DNA of 64,000 nucleotides from Camelus ferus. Lineage: Eukaryota. The notes under the pieces are model-generated. The model was not told the origin of the DNA, ran no database searches, and saw nothing but the letters and a program-made list of their open reading frames with translations. Position 1 is the stretch's first letter. Every line of letters begins with the position of its first letter. A program made the translations under genes and the position numbers. Positions 13,386-26,837 of this stretch are shown one piece after another. The DNA lies in contig NC_045697.1 in NCBI RefSeq assembly GCF_009834535.1, positions 31,374,001-31,438,000 on the forward strand, given 5' to 3'.

Positions 13386-15599
13386 ACTCTTTCCTATATA
13401 CTAAATTGCAAACAAACAAAAACAAACAAACAAAATACAAAAAAAAAACTATGCTAGATCTGTCATGGAAATTTTTCAATTACAAAATATTTTTCTGCAC
13501 TCAAAAAGCCTACAGTATACATGGAAAAGTTGCAAAACGTAAAATTACAAGAGATGTTATAAATCAGATGTTGTAAATGCTACATGGTTAATCACAGACT
13601 AATTTTCCAAGCAGTCTGATCTTATTTACTTCAAAACCTACTGGAAATTCGTAACAGCCATTTTCCATAATAATTTTTTGCATTTAAACATAATTTCTAG
13701 AAGATTAGAGATCATGTAGTTTCTATATAAATAACTAGGTCAACTTAATATCTTTCTATACAACTTTTAGATATGTTCCTTTGCTTCTTAATTTTTAATA
13801 AGAACAAATAACTTCAGAAAAATGGCTGACAACAGTATGGCTCCTGGTGGTGAGCAGAGATGTGCTGGATTTTATATTAATGAAAAAGTGACACATAAAA
13901 TGACTTGGATGCAAAGAATTGATACATATTCCATCACACATTGAGTAGGGTTACAGGATATTGCCTGGAGTTTTTCAAACAGATCTGGGTTAAATTAAAG
14001 ACATGGTCTTTTACAAAACAGCCTTACCTTTTTCAATTTCATCTTGACAATTCAATGATTTAAATATTTTTAGTAGCTTCAAGGTATAATATTTTCTGAG
14101 TGTGAAGTGGGTTTGATGAAGCATTAGAATGATAGATTCTGGACAATCCTTTCCAGCGATTTAGCTCATGCTGCTTGTGGGAATGGTCCTGACAGCCAAT
14201 GAAAGATTCATTTCTCAGCTCTTGAAAGATGCCTGTTTCTCTGTCAGTTAGCTGAAGACATCCCTCAAGGCCACTACCATCACTGATAGCAGACTCCAGA
14301 TGGAAGATCAGATCCAACAAATATCTTCTTTACCCACAGATTTCCTTCCCCAACGTGTTATTTTATTAAGTGCCCAGGCAGATACTTATTTTATAAATGC
14401 CAAATCACAAGCCATGAACCATGAATATCCCGAAATGTGGGAACTTAATCACTTCTTAAAGAGTACTTGCTGTAAAAGGCAAAAGAAAGAGTGCTGTAAC
14501 AACCACATGGATTTTATGTTTTCACAGTTCATAATATTTTGAAAAGATAATTTTATTTATCCAACAAACTCAGAAGATGTGTAGAATTTGTGGTCATATA
14601 ACCGCATATCAATATTCCATTTGTTTTTCCTTTTTATCAGAGACATTCAGAAGATGGATTAAATACTAGTTTCACTAACTTTTCATAGCTATGATTATTT
14701 TTTATTTCTTTACCTTTATTGTTGTTCCCAAGCCCTTGACATTATCTCAAACAGGTTATGCAGCATTTATAAGACATTGAAAATAAAACTCTTCTCAGAT
14801 ATATTTCCCTTCAGCCTTGGGTATTCCATTTTGATTTGATATAGTTTAACTTCAGGACAAATCTTGCACCAAACCATGTCCCAAACTTTTAATCTAAAGT
14901 GAATTACCATATACAGAGTGCCTCTTAGGTCTTAGACAATGCTAGGAACTTTCATGTACAGTTGGCATTTTAATACTCAGTCTTTTAAGTTATGTTGCCT
15001 TATGTTGTAGGGGAAATAAACAAAATTCATTTAAGTGATATCTTTACTTAGGTTTACATAATTGGTAAGTGTAAGAGACTCTCTTCTTTTTTATCTTCAA
15101 GTTTCTTTTTTTTTAATGACTAATGTCACAAAAATCATAAATATATAAATACTTTGTCATGCATAAAAATCATACCATGGAGTTGCAATTGAGAGTAAAT
15201 CTGTTGTCAAGCTGCCTTTGTTAAAATATCAGCTTTGTCACTTTGTGACTTTAGGAATGTTTCTTAGGCTCCCAATGCCCCAGTTTTCTTTGCTGAATTG
15301 CTGCTTCTGATGAACAGCACCCAATTCAGAGCGAATCTCTGCCTCTTTTCATCTTCCCCAAATCACTTAACACATGCCCACATTTTTAAATAAGTCTTTT
15401 TTCACATGTTCTTACTAAGATGGAGTATGGTTCTCCATGGTACCTGTTCTCCCTCATTGCAGTTAGTCAGTGAACCCAACTTTATTCAACTAGAAGTGTG
15501 CTCCCGGTCATCTATGAATGCAAGCTGCACATGATACCAAAAAATGTCCTCAGCATGATCATCCCCAAATCTGACCTCTGCTGCCTTTTATCTAGTTTG

Positions 15600-16545
15600 T
15601 GCGGATTAGAAGCCTTTATAATTCATCTTCAACCTAATTCAATAATTTCTAATCTATGATTGAATCATTTTATTTCCACTGTAACAATCTTTGTCCAAGT
15701 TCGTAGCATCTCTGACTTAAACAAGTTCTATAGCCCTTTAATAGGTCTCTCATTCCTCCATTTCTATGTCAACTTGGAGAGATTTTTCTAAAGAACCATA
15801 TAATCGTGTCTCTTCCTTGCTTATTACTTCCAATTAGCTCGCATTGCTCTTATGATAAAGAGCAAAATCTTTAACGTGGCCTATATGCAGAAATATTACA
15901 AATTATTTTTTGCCTTGTAAAGTCCTGATCTATGCCTGGTGTCCTGGAAAAATTAATCACCCCATCTTTCATTCTCAGAAGTGTAGTAGTCACCACATTT
16001 ATAGGACCTGAATTATCTGATCCGTAACCACATCTCCATCCTCATCTTATGCCACCCTCTCTCTCTCTCTGCTTCATCGGCACTTGCTTTTTATTTCCCT
16101 TTCTTTTTATGACTATGACACGATCCCTCTGTTACTAGTTCTCTTTCTCCAGTGTCTTCCTCATCATCCTTCCTCTTAACTAAAAATCAGTTTTAGCCCT
16201 TTACATCTTCTAATCTTAGCTCAAAAGTCAGTTTCTTAAAAAAAAAACAAAAACAAAAACAAAACCCCAAAACCAAACCAAACCAAACCAAAACCAAAAC
16301 CAAAACCAAAAACAGCCCACTCCTGACCCTCCAGACAAGGTCAGAGTCTACCATGTGCTTACATACTGCTCTGAACTTATCACAGGACTTACCCCAATTA
16401 AACTATTTCTTGTTTACTTTATTGACACCTTTTTCTTCAGATGGACTCTAAGCTACATGATAGGCCATATCTTTTTGTTTGTTTGTTTACTCTCCATTTT
16501 ATCACAGGGCCTTATACATAATAATAAGCATTGCACAATTTTAAA
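15600..16545 (+). mobile_element. L2 fragments, interrupted near 15888-15995 by a possible MER94-like hAT relic
   Basis: 'gatttttctaaagaacc...cattgctcttatgataaagagcaaaatctttaacgtggcct' and 'atggactctaagctacatgataggc' resemble L2; 'tatgcctggtgtcctgg...ctttcattctcagaagtgt...gtcacc' resembles MER94. Confidence 0.55.
16238..16314. repeat. A-rich (CAAAA/CCAAA)n simple repeat
   Basis: Directly visible. Confidence 0.9.
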
Positions 16546-17055
16546 TGTATTTTTCTTATGCAGAAACAGGTCTGAACCATAAATGACCCTGTTAAGTGTG
16601 ACTCAGAGGTAACCAATAAAGAGGTATCTTTAATTTCAATTCAAACATTTGTTTATCTCTTTCACCTCCAGGAGGATATGACTCAAAGATCACCCTTCAA
16701 TGATAGTAAAAAGCAGCTGCTCTGTCTAGACAGGGATTGTTCTGCATGTCTGCTAACAGGACAAGTGGAATTAAGGGCAGGTTAGAATGATTTACTCTAA
16801 TCTTCTCTAACTTAACCATGTAGACAGAGAAAATTGAGGTTTTCTTTTTTTAAGTATCAGTTGCTTAAAAATATATTATCAACAAAGATGGAAGGAGTGA
16901 CAATTACCCAGTCACCCAATTGCCCTCCACAGTCCCAGGGAGGGATGGTTTCCCAGTCCCAGTAACCCATTAAGGACAGATACAGCTCCTGGCAGACACA
17001 CTGTGGGGGATTCTTCTGGGATCAAGCACTTGACAATCTAGTTTCCCAGCAACAC

Positions 17056-17714
17056 TGATACAGGAAAATGTGGGCTAGAGGAGGGCTGTGTCCCAGGTCT
17101 CGGTTGAGTCCCTGGGAGACGCCCCACCAAGTGTGGGTCCTTCGCTTCATGTAGGAAAGAATTCAAAAGTAAGCCACAATTTGAGTAAGGTACATTTATT
17201 TAGAGAGATACACATTCCCTAGACAGAGAGCAAGACATCTCAAAAGGCAAAAGTAAGGTCACGGGGTGTGGGGGTTAAGTGCTTAGTTTAAAGTAAAAGT
17301 AGATACACACTCCATAGACAGAGTGCAAGCCATCTCAGGAGGCGACAGAGCAAGAGGCCGTGAGGTGTGGTGTTGCTAGTATTTATGGGCTCAGTAAATT
17401 CATATGCTAAAAAGTGGGAGGATTATTCTAACTACTTTTGGGGAAGGGGCTGGGATTCCCAGGAATTGGGCCACCACCCACTTTTTGACCTCTTATGGTC
17501 AGCCTCAGAACTGTCATGGCACCTGTGGGAGTGTCATTCACCATGTTAATCTGTTACAATGAGTGTATAATGAAGTTCAAGGTCTATTAGAAGGCAAGTC
17601 TCCTGCCATCTTGGGTCTCAGGGTCTACTGGGAGTTGAATTTTCTGCCACCTTGGTGTTAATTGCTATGTTATTCCTTGAACGGCTATGCCCTGCCCCTT
17701 TCCTTCCTGCCTCA
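17056..17714 (-). mobile_element. ERV1-class solo LTR
   Basis: TGATACAGG...CCTGCCTCA termini; flanks acac/atac (4 bp TSD, one mismatch); TTTATT near 17195 is a minus-strand polyA signal; internal duplicated block. Confidence 0.8.
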
Positions 17715-19139
17715 ATACTACTACCTCAGGACACTTCATCTTCTTAAGCTTATGGTATCAATAAATATGAATTCTCCATATGCCAGCTGACAGGAATACT
17801 CCCTCACTTGTCCAATATCTTCATTTGTGTACACACACAAACACATACATCTTTCATTGCTGGAAGAATTGGTATGATTCTCATTGTTCCAAATATTCTA
17901 AGGTGCAAGAACATATTTCTCATTGACATTTTTACTTGTGCAACTCATTCATTATATGTTTAGTAACACTAATGTTTATAATATATTTGCATATCAGATG
18001 AGGAAGCCACTAAATACAACTTAAGTGAATTTTCTGTGTCAGTGTAAAACAGGACACAATACAGTCAATATATTTGTGGCATATGCAAAAACAAAGGTAG
18101 GGGGAGCAAATTCAGGAAATCTGGATTCAGGTATTTTTATTTTATTTGAAATACTAATTCTTATTTCCCAAATTTACTTTTTATATAAAATTAGTATGCC
18201 ACACATGTCCTCAAGTAAATGTACTTTCACAACAACCTGATTCATTTGACAGGTATAAAAAAATAAATTACTGTTTATCAAAACCCCTTTTTTTGGTCAT
18301 AAAAAAAAGGAGAAAAGTATGAGACATTTTATAACAGAGTGAGATATAAGTATCAAAACTTTAAACTCATATTCAAATAGAATTACTGCTTTGGATTTTT
18401 CCTTGCTCAAGGTCAACCCAGTCATAACTTTTATAGGACAGTGTGGATACTGAGAGTTGAATGTCACCTGCTTTCCTTTTTCTCCAGGGAAACACCTGAA
18501 TGTGAGCTTCTACTATGAACACAGTCAAGGGCAGTAGGTCCACAGAGGCAAGGAGTAACTGATATAACTTGTCTACTCTCAAGGCTCTGGTTTCTTCAGG
18601 TAGGAATTACAGATGGTTTACTGGATACCTGCTCATTTATTGCAGAGGTTTTCTGGAGGGGGAGAGATGGAAGCTACTGAATAATAACCCCTGAGAAAAG
18701 ATTATGTTTGTTATTATTATATATGACAATATGGAGTTAATGAATTGTCTTCATATGAAGTTGGTGGAAGGTTTTTATAGTAGCTTGTGCTCAAAAGGTT
18801 CTGCCCCTTGTTGTAGTTTTGTGATAACAGACCCCTGGGGGTTTGTGGGAACTAAGAAAGAAGTTGAGTTCTACCTTACAGATGAAAGGGTGTATCGAGT
18901 CAGGGCTTATACAGCTGAAATCCAAAAGATCAGCTAAAGAAAACAAGAGCCAAGGATTACTTTTGGTTCAAAGAAGCAAAGAGTTGAATCTAGGAAATTA
19001 GCTATGACAAAGATAAGATATCTAGATTAAGAAACTAGAGAGCAAAACATCAGGAATGAAATATTTAGACAGTCAGATTGACTCACTGGTGTTGTACGTG
19101 GCTCACACCTCTCTTCCTAGGCTGTGATTCCTTGAAGAC

Positions 19140-20218
19140 ATAGCAGCCAGCCTCCAAGATGGCTTTCAATGATTTCTACTTTCTAGATTTCTTATTTTTG
19201 TGAAGCCTCCTCTTGCCTCATCCCAGGGTTTGTCTGTAATCTTTTTCATATTGCAGAAGCGATGATATATATCAATTCTGAGATTAGGTTATGAAAGATT
19301 GTAGCTTCCATCTTGGATGCTGATATATAAATGGGTCAAAGATGTCCCTGCATATCAGTACTTATGCTATTTTTTCTTCACAGCAGAGTCATTAGCTTAA
19401 ACCTCACTGGTGCCAAACTCAAATTCCTGCATATCCAGTTGTTTTAAATAGAGCCCCAATAAGCATATTTTTAGCTGTTTTGAGACTGTCTTGCATACCC
19501 CATGAAAATGCACTCACCTAGACGTAGATAAGGCAGGCCCTATAGCTGTAGAAGACCTCAAACTGCTGCTGCATCTTGGAACTCACTGATCCAGAACTTC
19601 TCCTTTGGCTTAAGGACATCACTCAGACAGTTAACTCCCCATCTCTCTTTCCCAGGAGTTCCCTTGTTCTCTCGTCTTCTGGGTGGTGGCCTCCTACTAT
19701 CTCTGGAAGGTCTCCGGCTGTGAGGGACTTCCTCTCCCATACAACCCAGTCCAGATGCCACACCTGAATCTTGTGAAATGTTATCATCTCATGATCTTGG
19801 TTTTCCCTTGATCAGCCTCCAACTCTTTGAACTCATCTCTGGTGCCCAGGCTCTTTGTCTTTCTTTTGGATCCTTTGCTTTGGTGGAAGGAAGCTGCCAT
19901 GCTGTGAATAGCCCAATAGAGAAGTCTAAACAATGAGGGACTGAAGCCTCAAGCCAGCAGCCATCAAGGAATTGAAACCTATCAACAACCACACAAGTGA
20001 TCTTGGAAGCAGGTTTTCCAACTCCAGTGAAGCCTCGAGGTGACTGCGGCCCCAGACAAGAGCCTGACTGCACCTGGTGGAAGATCCTGGGTCAGCAGCA
20101 CACAGTGATGCCACCGCGAGATCCCTGAGCCTCAGAAACTTTGTGAAATAATAAATGTTTGTTGGCTTAAGCTGCCAGATATGAGGGGATTTGTTATGCA
20201 GCAATAGATAAATAATTC
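19140..20218 (+). mobile_element. MaLR LTR (MLT1F-like), split by a nested LTR
   Basis: 5' part 'gcagccagcctccaagatggc'; 3' part 'ggaagctgccatgctgtga...cagaaactttgtgaaataataaatgtttgttggcttaagc...gttatgcagcaatagataaataa'. Confidence 0.85.
19321..19840 (+). mobile_element. ERV1-class solo LTR (MER67-like) nested in MLT1F
   Basis: 'tgatatataaatgggtcaaagatgtccctgcatat...ccaaactcaaatt...aataagcatatttttagc...ttgcataccc'; flanks gatgc/ggtgc are TSD-like. Confidence 0.65.
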
Positions 20219-21359
20219 AATAACCTTCCTAACTGGAGGGTAAATACCTTGGAAAGCAAAAAAGCACATGTGATGGGAATAGTGACCAGTAATCTCTCGT
20301 CACTCTAACTTCATATCTAAATATGAAATCAAATTTTAAATTCTGTGATTAATATTGATCTTACTTCCCAATAAGTATGGGAAATTCAACAGGGAAAATG
20401 TGAAAGGAAATTACTTTCATAAATTTGTCATATGTATCTCTAAATCTGTGTCCTAGGTAAGGAGACAAATGCTCAATAGGTAAGGAGACACTGCTCAGTA
20501 AGTCAGGAGAGGTTTTGTTTTATTATTTTATTTTGCTTTTATTATTTTTCTTTACTTTTATTTTACTACTTTACTTTTGTTTTATTTTATTTTATTTTTA
20601 ATGTAGAGGATACATTACAACAAAGCTCCTTAGTAAAACAACTTCATGCATCACATCAGATGGAATTAATCAGTGTCCTTCCCTCCCACAGTGCCTAGAG
20701 CATCCTCCCATTATTGAGTGTGTTGCTGAGCCATGCTTCCTTTTGCTTATTTGTATGTGTTTGTCTTTGTACCCTCAGCACCTAGATCAGACAATAACTC
20801 AGATTTTAATTTAATTGAACTAAAAGTTAGACATTTTAAATTTTGCAAGGCGTACTCTACTTCCTTTTGATATTTTGGGTATCTATGAAGGATGAGATGA
20901 AAATGAACAATGCCACCAAAAAATACTGGGAAACGTGGATTTAAAGTAAAACATTTCCTTATCACGTTTTATTCACTTCACTTTGTGCAGGGATTACTCT
21001 GTGGGAAGACATTGGCTTAAATGTGAGTGAGAGGACAAAGTAGACATAGTGGCCACTTAAAAAGGGCTTGAACACTTGTAGGGAGGGTAAAGAAGAACCG
21101 AATACATAACTGTGAATGTGACTTTTCTGATGCCCCACAATTCACTCCTCGAGCCCACATTTTCTAAGAAGAGTGGCCCTAAATGCCCTACATTTAAAAG
21201 AGACTTGCTCTCTTTAAAGCTGACAACAGTTCAACATGACTTCACTTCTAGAATGTACTAGAAGGGAGTATTTCCAGGCAGCTTAAGACAAGTGCCCTTA
21301 TAAATGTATGAAATTCTGTAAGTTCTCAGAAAAGGAAACCATTTGTTATGACTGGAGTG

Positions 21360-21505
21360 ATCATTCATTCATTCACTCATATACTCATTCATTCCATAAA
21401 TACTTATAGAACATATTTAATGCCTCCGTCACTGTGAAAAGTGCAAAGGATAGAACATTGTATAAGAGATCCATGGTATTTGCCCTCAGGAAACTTATAT
21501 TGTTT
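21360..21505 (-). mobile_element. L2 3' end, reverse
   Basis: (TTCA)n-like tail followed by 'aaatacttatagaac...tgccctcaggaaacttata'. Confidence 0.65.
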
Positions 21506-21959
21506 GTGGCCTTGAAGTACAACTAGCATTTTAAAATGCAGAGATGTTGAGTAGCAGATTCTAGGTGAAGGAAAGAGAATAGTAAGAGAAAGGGCATTGT
21601 GGACCAGAATGTCTGGTAAGATGGATAAAGGAGGATGGCTAACGTAGGTTTGACAGAAGGTTGATTTTTCTAGATGAAGAATATAAGAAAACCATGCTCT
21701 TATTTTAATATAGAATAAAGAAATTTACCTGTCAACTATTAAACTTATCACTACATATATTTTTTTGGGTATGCATATTGAAATTCATTGTTCAGTGGCC
21801 ACTCTTTGTATCAGCTTTCTCATTTGTGAGGAGAATGGTGAGCAGCACAGCTCAGAATTCATGAACTAACTCTCTGTGGGGTATCACTAGCCAGAGACAT
21901 ACTCTCAAAATTTCTATGTGAGTTGACATTATTAACAATATGAGACTGTACATGAATAT

Positions 21960-22175
21960 GTAAGTATCCCATTTATCTTGAAAAAATATGAAGACATGAC
22001 AGCACTGAGTCTAATTTCTCACATGGCAACAATTGGTTGAAGGTGATAAAAGCTGCCTCTTTTAGAAGGGTTGTGCTTTTTCTCATTTGCCTTCACTTTC
22101 ATCTTCCTTATTGCCTGATGTACTCAACTGCATCACCCGCCTGCCCACTGTTGGTACTTGAATTAGAAACACTGA
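21960..22175. mobile_element. hAT-Charlie relic (MER102-like)
   Basis: 'gacagcactgagtctaatttctcacatggcaacaattggttgaaggtgataaaagctgcctcttttaga'. Confidence 0.55.
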
Positions 22176-22333
22176 TAAAGGATTCTTGATGTGCCTTTCA
22201 GTGTTAAGTGTCTGTGGTTTTGTGATTCATTTTAATTCATGCTTTAAAATGTACTCTTCCAGAAATATCCAGGAAACTCTTGTTAAGCCTGGCATTATTC
22301 AAAAAACGCTTGGGGAACAAAAATATTTCCATG

Positions 22334-23120
22334 ATATGGAGAAAAGGTAACTCTTGTATACTGTTGATGGGAATATAAATTGATTCAGCCTCTATGGAAA
22401 ACAGTATGGTGGTTCTTCAAAGATTAAAAATAGAACTACCATTTAATCCAGCAATTCCACTTCTGGTTATATAGCCAAGGGATATGAAAGCAGGGTCTTG
22501 AAGAGATATCTGCACTCTCATGTTTACTGTAACTTTATTCACAATAGGCTAGGCATGGAAACAACCTAAAAGTGTCTGCCAATGAATGAACGGATAAAGA
22601 AGCTTTGGTATGGTATGTATATTATTCAGTCATGAGAAAGAAGGAAATCTTGCCATTTGTAACAATATGGGTGAACTTTGAGGGTATTATGCTAAGCAAG
22701 ATAAATCAGACAGCGAAAGATAAACACTGTATGTTACCATATATATGTGGAATCTAAAAAAAGCCAAACTCATAAAAACAGAGACCAGAATAATGGTTAC
22801 CAAGGCTGGAGAGTGGCAGGAATTGTGAAGATGTTGTTTAAGGGTACAAACTCACAACTAGTAGATAAATAAGTTCTGGAGATCTAATGCACAGCATAGT
22901 AATTATAGACAACAATATTGTATTATAAACTTCAAAATTGCCTAAGAAATGAAATTTCTTCTCAAAAAAAGAAATGATAATTATATGATATGATAGAGTA
23001 TATGATATGATAGAGATATTAGCCAATGCTGTGGTATTAATCCTGTTGTAGTACATAAGTCAATATGTTGTACACCTGAAAGTTACACAATGCTATGGGT
23101 CAGTTCTATCTCATTAAAAT
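22334..23120 (+). mobile_element. L1 3' end (L1MA-like, 5' truncated)
   Basis: 'tatggaaaacagtatgg...aaaaatagaactacc...caattccacttctgg...aagggtacaaact...gttctggagatctaatgcacagcatag'. Confidence 0.92.
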
Positions 23121-23424
23121 AATCTTTTCATGAAAAATATTTTATGGATGCTGCTTTTACCATTGGAGGGCATTTGCTACACTAAGATTTTTTTGGTTAA
23201 GCAGGTTGAATGTTTTCATAACAGTGTTCATTAATTGTAACTGTATTGGAAGGGCAAGAGAGGCTACTGACTCAGTCGCTCTAATTAAGGTAACAAGACA
23301 CAAGACAAAGCTGACTTTTGAAAGGAGAGGAAGAAGGAAATAATCCCTTCATATGTCTTACCATATCCATTCTACATGTTATTAATAAGAGACTATATTT
23401 AAATCAAAAGCAAGGAATTACTAC

Positions 23425-23620
23425 TATTATTGAATAATACTCCTGCCAAGCACTTTGCATAGATGATTTCATCATTAATTCCCACCTGTCTTCTGAGACT
23501 GATAGTATTATTATCTCTATTTTACAGATAAGAATATTCAACTTAGAGCAGTTATTAATTTTATACAAGACCACGTGGTTGGGTATAGTCACATTGCACA
23601 GTATATTGCTATAGCTCATC
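23425..23620 (-). mobile_element. MIR SINE
   Basis: 'tattgaataatactcctgccaagcactttgc...attatctctattttacagataagaatatt'. Confidence 0.65.
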
Positions 23621-23869
23621 TGTTTTTGAAAACCATCCATTGGCTTGTAAAGCCAATCACTGTTATCACAAACTTTTCTATTTGTTATATTCACTAAATA
23701 TTCTCTTCTCCCAAGCAGTCATTATTTAAGCCCTGAAATGAGTTTATATCTGTTCTCCATCAAGTCCTATCTGTATCCTATAGAATATACATGCAAAAGA
23801 ATGAAAATTACACTATAGAATCAGTCAGCTCTATGAGAGTTGCTACTCGAGTTGTCTTCAATCATGTTT

Positions 23870-23957
23870 ATTTATTTATTTATTTTTATTGAAGTATAGT
23901 CAATTTACAATGTTGTATCAATTTCTGGGGTACAGTGCAATGCTTCAGTCATACATG
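23870..23957 (-). mobile_element. Extremely 5'-truncated young L1 (88 bp) with perfect 13 bp TSD
   Basis: Reverse complement matches the 3' end of the L1 at ~51170-51243; TSD ttcaatcatgttt at 23857-23869 and 23958-23970. Confidence 0.92.
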
Positions 23958-25831
23958 TTCAATCATGTTTTAATCAGCATCTAAGAAGCCCCAACTACAG
24001 AGTGGATAGAGGGAGCTGGGCGCTGAATCGAATTACTTGGGCAGCAAAAAGCGCACAGAAACAAGATCAATAAAGAGGTAAAAATCCATGTCACATGTAT
24101 TTTAGTAGTTAATCTGTTAGTAGGGTGATGATATAATGTCTGAATCGGTTTGAATTTAAGGTTATTAGTGTCTAGTTTTGTTAATCTAATATCTAGATAT
24201 GAACTCATCTTTGATTAACTTTTGAATAGTTTTGCTTGTGTCAGCTGCACATACCCATCAACATTCAATTACAGGACATGATTTTACTCATGAATTTAGT
24301 TTTATAAATATGTCATTTGCAAGAAAGTTATTGAAGCACACTCCTAGAAATAATTTATTTCAGGTATTTACTAGACAGTTTGTTTATAATATGTGCTATA
24401 TGTGCTTAAGAAATCTTAACTTTTGCATTTTAAAAATTGCATCTCAAGTTGTTTTTGCAAACAATGCCTTAATTAAAAGGACATATTTTGCAGCACAAGG
24501 TATCCCTAAGAGCCTTTGAAAATAGGAATACTTTTTAAATTAGCATATTTTTGTTTCCACCACGGTGTGCCAATTAGGTGGATTCTATCATATTATCATC
24601 TTATTGATATTCTAAGTCATATATTCATCATCAACTTATCAGACTTCTTGATTCCCTAACTTTCAGATAAATCTTATTTGGATAAGGATAATAACTCATT
24701 GAAACGAGTTTGCTCCTAGTGGAACTTTCCTCTCCATTATAGTTTTTCTAATGGAGTTTCTTTGTTAAATAATTCAAGGTGATAGAATGGAGCCTCCAAT
24801 ATAATTTTGGCTCTAATATCTTAACTTTCCACACAAATTAGAATATAAACATTGAAGAAAACCTTTTTAATATATAGGAGAAAATATTTTATTAGGATCT
24901 AAGTGTTTTTTACTTGTAGCCTCTGGTCTGTAACTGACATACTCTGGGATTTAAATCCTCTTTGCTTATCCTATTGGGCAGTTAATCATCCATTGCCTCT
25001 TTGTAGAGAATTTTTGGTTTTCTTTACCCTTTGTCTGATACTCTTACAACCTTGACAGGAGTAAATATTCCTTTTAATAAAGTCCTAATTTTATAATGTT
25101 GACATTAGCAGTTTAAGTGGGACCTTCACTAAGAAAGGTAATTAAGATTTACTGAATACCTGCTATATGTAAAGAACTGGACAACTCAAATTTATCTTCA
25201 TTAATTCATTAGTCACTGGATAAAAGGCTTTGATTTATCTTGTTATCTAATCTGTAAGCAATTTTTTCTCAGTTCAGTACAATTTTTTTCTATGGTTAGT
25301 TATGTACATTGCTAACATAATCTATTCAATTCTAGCCAACTTTGATGGAGCAAAGACCAAAAGTGGGGTTAAAGTGAAAATGTCAAAATGATCATTGGTT
25401 CAAAATGGCAGAGGGAATATTGAAGTTTTAAAAATATCTGCTGCAGCTTAATTTAGTAGCCACTCTTTTGGGGAAATAGTGGTGTGTGTATCTGGGTCAG
25501 ATGAGAGTGTTCCAGTCACATAGAAGTGGGGAGGAGGGACCTGACACTCCTCTGTGAGTACATTTTTGGGGCAAGTTGGATTTTTTTCAAGTCTTCTAAT
25601 ACTCTTCAGTTCCACACTCATTACTTAGTTTTGTGGCATCAGGGTGGGGGAAGTGAGGCAATGAGGAAGCATGCCCTAAAAGAAAGAGGGAGAAAACAAG
25701 GTGTAAATCTTGGTTCATGATAAAAACTAAATGATAGTTTAAAAGTCACCCAGTTTTGTTCAATGTCATTGTATCTGAATCTAGCCATTTTATTTCATAT
25801 ATTCTACTCTTGGTGAAGGAAAAAAATACAG

Positions 25832-26549
25832 TGTGGGAGAAGAAAAATAATTTTCCCTCTACCCTCCAGGTTCTTGGCTGAGAGCCTCCTATAATAGAGG
25901 ACAGGTTAATTAGGAGAAAAGCAAACAGAAATTTAATAGCATGTATACTTTCTATATAGGTGGGAGAAATCCAGAAAAAATAAATAACTTCCCAAATGGC
26001 CCAACACACCATCTTAAATACCGTCTCTATTTAAAGAAAAAAAAAAAAAAGTTGGATAGGAAAGGCCAGTTCTGGAGGTTACCAGGAAAAGCACGGTAAA
26101 CAAGTTTATGGTTAGTATATAGATTTAAATTACTGCCTTCACCATTAATAAGAGTTTCTAGAGATTTTTTTCATCCTCCACTTCCTAGTGTATATATAGA
26201 GAGACACCTTTACAAATTGAGATCTTCCTTATAAATGTAAATTTCTCTTACAGGAGGGTAACTTTCACCAGGTTTTCAGAGCTTCTCCTGTGTCTGCAGT
26301 TTCTTTCTTTCTTTTTATTTATTTACTTACTTTTGTTGTTTTTTGGGGGGGAGGTAATTAGGTTTATTTATTTATTTTATTTTTAAATGGAGGTCCTGGG
26401 GATTGGATGCAGGACCTTGTGCATGCTGAGTATGAACTCTACTGCAGATCTCTACATGCCCCCCTGCAATTTCTTAAAAATAGCTAGCTTAAAATAATCC
26501 TTATGCCAAAGAGACATATTTGTGGAAGACAAATTCTGCTCCTCTTCTG
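25832..26549 (-). mobile_element. ERV1-class solo LTR (MER34-like) containing a SINE
   Basis: Minus strand reads 'aaatatgtctctttggcataaggattattttaagcta...ctgcagacacaggagaagctctgaaaac', a MER34-group 5' end. Confidence 0.8.
26306..26463 (-). mobile_element. tRNA-derived SINE, camelid vic-1-like
   Basis: Minus strand 'gggggcatgtagag...cagtagagttcatactcagcatgcacaaggtcctgcatccaatccccaggacctccatttaaaataaaataaataaataaacctaattacctcccccc' plus A-rich tail; TSD ctgca(g/a)tttctt at 26294-26305 and 26464-26475. Confidence 0.85.
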
Positions 26550-26837
26550 TATGAACCAAAGGCACAGTTTTGTGGGAGATAGTGACTGTTGCTCCCATAA
26601 AATGTGGAAGAAAACAGATTTTCTTCACATATTCAGTTCTCCCAATATGTCCTGCTGGGCTTTGAGTAAGATTAGATCAGCAACACTGCAAGGAAAGCAA
26701 GCTGTTATACAAGTGCAGTATCATTTTGCTTCAGTTATTCTTTATGCAGAGAGATTTGTATAATTGATTTTTCCAAGATCAATGAATAATAAGCACATGT
26801 CACAAACCTTCTCATTTTGAACTGAATGATGTATAAC

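Noticed and set aside
26388..26463. tRNA gene
   Set aside because: Degenerate tRNA-like SINE head followed by a SINE body, A-tail and TSD
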